Shown here piece by piece: positions 59,068 through 64,000 of a stretch of 64,000 bases of DNA. The notes beneath the pieces were generated by a model. The model was not told where the DNA came from and made no database searches. It was given only the letters and a program-made list of their open reading frames with translations. Origin of the DNA: Phyllobates terribilis. Its lineage: Eukaryota. The stretch lies in assembly GCF_046119375.1 (NCBI RefSeq), contig NW_027362761.1, positions 467,976,001-468,040,000 on the forward strand. The letters are read 5' to 3'. Position 1 is the first letter of the stretch. Each line of letters opens with the position of its first letter. A program made the translations under genes and the position numbers.

Positions 59068-60624
59068 CAGGTGCTTCTCACAAAATTAGAATATCAACAA
59101 AAAGTTTATTTATTTCAGTTCTTCAATCCAAAAAATGAAACTCATATATTATATAGAGTCATTACAAACAGAGTGTTTTATTTCTGTTGATGTTGATGAT
59201 TATGGCTTACAGCCATTGAAAACACAAAAGTCATTATCTCAGTAAATTAGAATAATTAACAAAACACACCTGCAAAGGCTTCCTACGCGTTTAAAAGGGT
59301 CCCTTAGTCTGTTTCAGTAGCCTCCACGATCATGGGGAAGACTGATGACTTGACAGATGTCCAGAAGGAAGTTATTAACACTTCACAAGGAGGGTTAGCC
59401 ACAAAAGGTCATTGCTTATCGATCTGGCTGTTTACAGAGTGCTGTATCCAAGCATATTAATGAAAAGTTGAGTGGAAAGAAAAAGTGTGGTAGAAAAAGG
59501 TGCACAAGCAGCCGGGATAACCGCAACCTTGAAAGAATTGTTAAGAAATGGCCATTCAAACATTTGGGGGAGATTCACAAGGAGTGGACTGCTGCTGGTG
59601 TCATTTCTTCAAGAGCCCCCACACACAGAGCAGGATCTGAGCTACAAGTGTCGCATTCCTTGTATCAAGCCACTCATGACCAATAGACAATGTCAGAAGT
59701 GTCTTACCTGGGCCAAGGAGAAAAATACCTGGACTGTTGCTCAGTGGTCCAATGTGTTGTTTACAAATGAAAGTAAATTTTGCATTTCATTTGGAAATCA
59801 AGGTCCCAGAGTTTGGATGAAGAGTGGAGAGCCACACTATCCAAGCTGCTTGAGGTCTAGTGTGAAGATTCCGCAATCAGTGATGGTTTGGGGAGCCATG
59901 TCATTTGCTGTTGTAGGGCCACTGTGTTTTATCAAGACCAAAGTCAGCACAGCCGTCGACTAGGATATTTTAGAGCATTTCATTCTTCCCTTTGCCAAAA
60001 TGCTTTCTGGAGATGGAAATTTCATTCTCCAGCAGGATTTCACACCTGTCCGTACTGCCAAAAGTACCAATACCTGGTTTAAAAACAACAATATCACTGT
60101 GCTTGATTGGTCAGCAAACTCGCCTGACCTTAACCCCATAGAGAATCTATGGGGTTATGTCAAAAGGAAGATGTGAGACACCAGACCCAACAATGCAGAC
60201 AAGCTGAAGGCTGCTATCAAAGCAACCTGGGCTTCCATAACACCTCAGCAGTGCCACAGGCTGATCGCCTCCATGCCACGCCGCATTGATGCAGTAATTG
60301 ATGCAAAAGGAGCCCTGACCAAGTTTTGAGTGCATTTACTGAACATACATTTCAGTAGGCCAACATTTCGGATTTTAAAATAACATTTCAAGCTGGTGTT
60401 ATAAAGTATTCTAATTTAATGAGATAATGAATTTTGTGTTTTCATTGGCAGTAAGCCATAATCATCAAAATTAACAGAAATAAACACTTGAAATAGATCA
60501 CTCTGTTTGTAATGACTCTATATACAGTAATATATGAGTTTCACTTTTTGTATTTTTTTTAGTTTTGTAAGAACTGAAATAAAGTAACTTTTTGATGATA
60601 TTCTAATTTTGTGAGAAGCACCTG
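59068..60624 (+). mobile_element. Full-length Tc1 (DD34E) element, defective
   Basis: TIR CAGGTGCTTCTCACAAAATTAGAATAT at both ends with TA flanks; FTNESK, QQDFTP...WSANSPDLNPIE with 34-residue spacing; frameshifts. Confidence 0.92.
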
Positions 60625-60673
<49 letters not shown>

Positions 60674-60763
60674 GCATTGAAACCTCTCCAAAAGATCCCC
60701 TCTTTCTGAGATTTTCCTTGACCGGTATTCAGTTTCACTATAGATAGATAGATAGATAGATAG
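60625..60763. repeat. (GATA)n microsatellites
   Basis: GATA runs at 60625-60672 and 60740-60763. Confidence 0.9.
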
Positions 60764-60973
60764 AGAAGCAAGAAGAGAAGCTAGTTGGTACATGACTATA
60801 ATTATGGAAACAACATATGAGTGGTCATATGATGAACGCTGGAAACAGCAAGCAGAGCCAAATTCTAAGAGTGAAAATATTACATTCTTACATACTTTTA
60901 GGATTTGGCATGCTACAGTGCTTAATTTTACAATAAATGCTGCTAATATAAATACAGATATCGTAATCCTTAA

Positions 60974-61516
60974 AGGGGTTTTCCCACGAACAAAAGTTAA
61001 TTTTAATCAATAGATATTGGAATGATATTAAGTTCCACAATGTATTTAAATAAAATGTCCCTGTGCTGAGATAATCTTATAAATGTGCCCCTGCTGTGGA
61101 CTGTGTAATGGCTGTGTCTGACCATGCAGGAACACGGTGTGATCATACCACATCTCCTGGACAGGGGAGGAAGCAAATAAGTATACAGATATTTCAGCAG
61201 GGGATTGCAGCTGATTCTTTCTTTCAAGTAAAACATTGTTTAAAAACAGGCAGTGAAATGTTTTAGCTCACAAAAAGAATCAGCTGTGATCCCATGCGAT
61301 AATGTCTGTATACTCTGTTTCTTCCTCCCCTGCCCAGGAGCTTTGGTATTATCAGACCGTGTTCCGTATACAGTCAGTCACAGCCATTACACAGGAGAAC
61401 ATTTATGAGATTATCTCTGGATTGGAAAATTTTATTTAAACACATCCAATTGTAGAACTTATTATTATTTCAAGAGCTGTTGATTAAAATGGACTTTCAT
61501 TCATGGGAAAACCCCT
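60974..61516. mobile_element. T2/Kolobok-type palindromic MITE (543 bp)
   Basis: TTAA TSD (60970-60973 and 61517-61520); TIR AGGGGTTTTCCCA; long imperfect inverted arms. Confidence 0.85.
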
Positions 61517-63019
61517 TTAACTTGTCAGATAGCACAGTACTTTAACATAACCATGTATCACATTATCTGACAAGTTGCGGACTGCTACATGTGTACAGGG
61601 TCAAAATCAATAACAGCAAAAGAATTCAGCTGAGAACCACCATCAATACATTTATACAGCACCAGAACCACCATCAGTACATGAATACATAACCATGCAT
61701 AGTACATCGATCAATTGCAATGTCAGGTCAATCCCATATAAAATTGTATTGTATGAACTTACAACTCCCAGAATGTCCTTAATAATGGTGAAGAGATACT
61801 GAGAGTTGCTGTTGCAGTTCATCTCAGCAGAATTTTCTCTCCTCTGCTGCTGCTCATTCTGACATAGGATAATTAAAAGTAACAGTGTCAGTATAATGAC
61901 CCTGAATAAAAACATATGCCATTGTGCCCCTGAATAAATGATTGCACCTCACTGTGCACAAAATATTAGCCACACACTTCCCTTCTTATGGCCCTCTTAT
62001 GGTGTATGCCCCCCACTGTCCTCTTCTATAAAATATTGCCTATATATCATTTTCCTTATAAACTACAGCCACCACCCTATCCACCTTCTGAATTATAACA
62101 ATCACACTATATGCCCTTTACTAGCTTTAACCACCAAATGTTCACTTCCTCACCTATTAGCAATAACGACCACACTATCTTCCCTTATTAGCTATAAGTA
62201 CAGCATTGTTTCTTCTTTAGTGTCTCCCTATGGTTTATAGGAGACCAGACAGCAGAGGATTTGTAAATATTTTGAGTGATGGGCATGGGGATCCTGAGCA
62301 GAAATTAAAGTGGGTTATTGACTAATGGTGTTTCATTCCATCATATCTCACTATTTCAAATTGGGAGCACTAGCACATTTTTTTTTTATCTCCTTCTAAC
62401 CCTTTCTTATTTATTGAATATAAAAAAAAACATTTTTTGCTTATTTGCCAATATCGCCGGGATTATTAAGAGGAGGAATGCTCCATGTTTAAACATTGCA
62501 CAAGTCTGGAACCCCTTCACATAAGCCCAATAGCAGCTGTCTCCATTGTATGTGATATATACAACTTGAATGATCACTATCATTAATTAAATCAATGGTA
62601 CAGAAACAAATATAGCAAACTTTAGTTATATCCTTAATTCTCCACTTACAAGTATTTTGGCTCACCTGATGAGGTGGATGTTCCAAGCTCAGAGTCCAAG
62701 TGGCACATGTGCCATGGGCATTGAAGAAGCAAATGGGTGGGGCACATGGGAAACGGGTAGCAGAAGCATTGGTAGGCCGCAGGCAGACAGGAGACTAGTA
62801 AGCAGGTATGAGAGGTATTGGAGCTTGCAGAGAGACAGGACTCGGCAACACAAAGTCTTAATGACTTAGTAAGCCTTATGTTGGCCCAGGTAGATGATCA
62901 AATAGGAGCACCCCAAGCCACCTGAACAGGAGCAGGGAGAATGACAGAATACAGTCCATAGATAGGGGGCTGTGCCGTCTGTTGCCAAATATATAGCGCA
63001 GCTTTTTTTGGGGGGGTTG

Positions 63020-63590
63020 AGAAAATTTAATATGTTTTGATCCATCAAGTATTACATGCCTTCAGGTATTTTTTTGTGTTATATAACACTCCAAAAAATC
63101 GTTGAAACATTTTCCTGAGTTAAATTTCTCACCCATACACTATTCTCTCTTCTGGAGTACATTTTTTATATATAACACTCCAAAAAAGCATTTAAAAATT
63201 TGGCAGGGTTAAATTCTCACCCATACACTATTCCGTGGTGTGGGATACAATTCTGTGATCTCTAAAGCTGAAAATGTTTTAAAAAGTTTTTTCAGGGTTA
63301 AAATTCTCATCTATATAGTATTCCGTGGTGTGGGGTACATTTCTGTGATATCTAAAATTACAAAAAAGTTTTAAAAATTTACTGGATTACATTTCTCACC
63401 CATATGGTGATCCGTGGTGTGAGGTACATTTCTGTTAGCAATAAAACTGAAAAAAAAAAGGATAAAAAATGTAGCTGGCTTAAATTTCTCAGCCATACAG
63501 TATTCCGTAGTCTGGTGTACATTTCTATGATGTATAACACACCAAAAAAGTGTTAAAATTTAGTACTGTATTTAATTAGTCATCCATACA
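63020..63590. repeat. Degenerate ~90-bp tandem repeat, about 6 copies
   Basis: TTCTCACCCATAC...TATTCCGTGGTGTG...TACATTTCT recurs at ~63128, 63216, 63306, 63396 and 63488. Confidence 0.8.
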
Positions 63591-64000
63591 ATGTAACATG
63601 CTTAGTGGGCAACAAAGAGGGCAGAACCATGCGAGACTCCCGACGGAGAGACCAGAGAAATATTGGAGCTAGAGGAAGCTGGCGCAACAGCAGACGTGGC
63701 AGGAGGGGCAACATCGCTGGCATGCAGTGGGTGTAATGTCAGAAGGAAGGGAGCAGGATTAACCCTTTTTAGGAATGAACAGGCCTGGGAGAGGCTCCTT
63801 GAGGCAGCTCGAGCCAGGGCTACTACGCCCTCAGAGATCATACTGTCCTTGGGGTTTCCCACCTTCTATGTGGGAGCAGGTGATGGTGCAGGTGACACAG
63901 GGGTCATTGCCCATTTCTATATGTTGGGGGCTCTGGAACTACTGGAAGCAGGGTCACTTACAATCCAGGCACCCGGGAAGGGGGCTCAAGGAAGCAGGTG

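Noticed and set aside
61520-63000. Host gene exons
   Set aside because: Only short ORFs with no recognisable domains; a small exon cannot be excluded without transcript data.
63602-63862. ORF as hAT C-terminus or host exon
   Set aside because: Only a faint SFLKRVN resemblance, low complexity, and no supporting motifs or splice evidence.

Overview
Repeat-saturated eukaryotic genomic DNA, most likely a frog (inferred from the V-SINE, T2/Kolobok-type MITE, dense Tc1 and hAT families and a SCAN-bearing Gmr1-type LTR element). I found no host protein-coding gene. The dominant structure is a pair of giant sibling hAT transposons: A (29884-43385, +, 13.5 kb, TSD CTCCTAAG) and B (44243-56402, -, 12.2 kb, TSD CTCTTAAG). 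They inserted independently, tail-to-tail, 857 bp apart, each into a different Tc1 element, forming a ~26.5-kb quasi-palindrome. Each carries a 110-bp satellite array upstream of the transposase (about 39 vs 29 monomers, with different variants and higher-order periods), an unusually long BED-finger hAT transposase, and the same 3' cargo: a duplicated transposase piece split by a DD37E Tc1, an L1-type RT fragment, an LTR-like segment and a ~270-bp decayed 18S rRNA fragment. A 1.75-kb non-autonomous element with the same ends and a ~1.1-kb hairpin (20742-22489, TSD CTCCTGAG) sits inside the transposase of a second hAT family. Also present: a very young single-ORF chromodomain Ty3/Gypsy element with a Tf1-like self-priming signature (2944-7915), an RT-deleted Gmr1-type element (12623-16909), a probable Chapaev relic, several Tc1 copies, a SINE, a MITE and microsatellites. 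All comparisons were made by eye; boundaries without a TSD are approximate.
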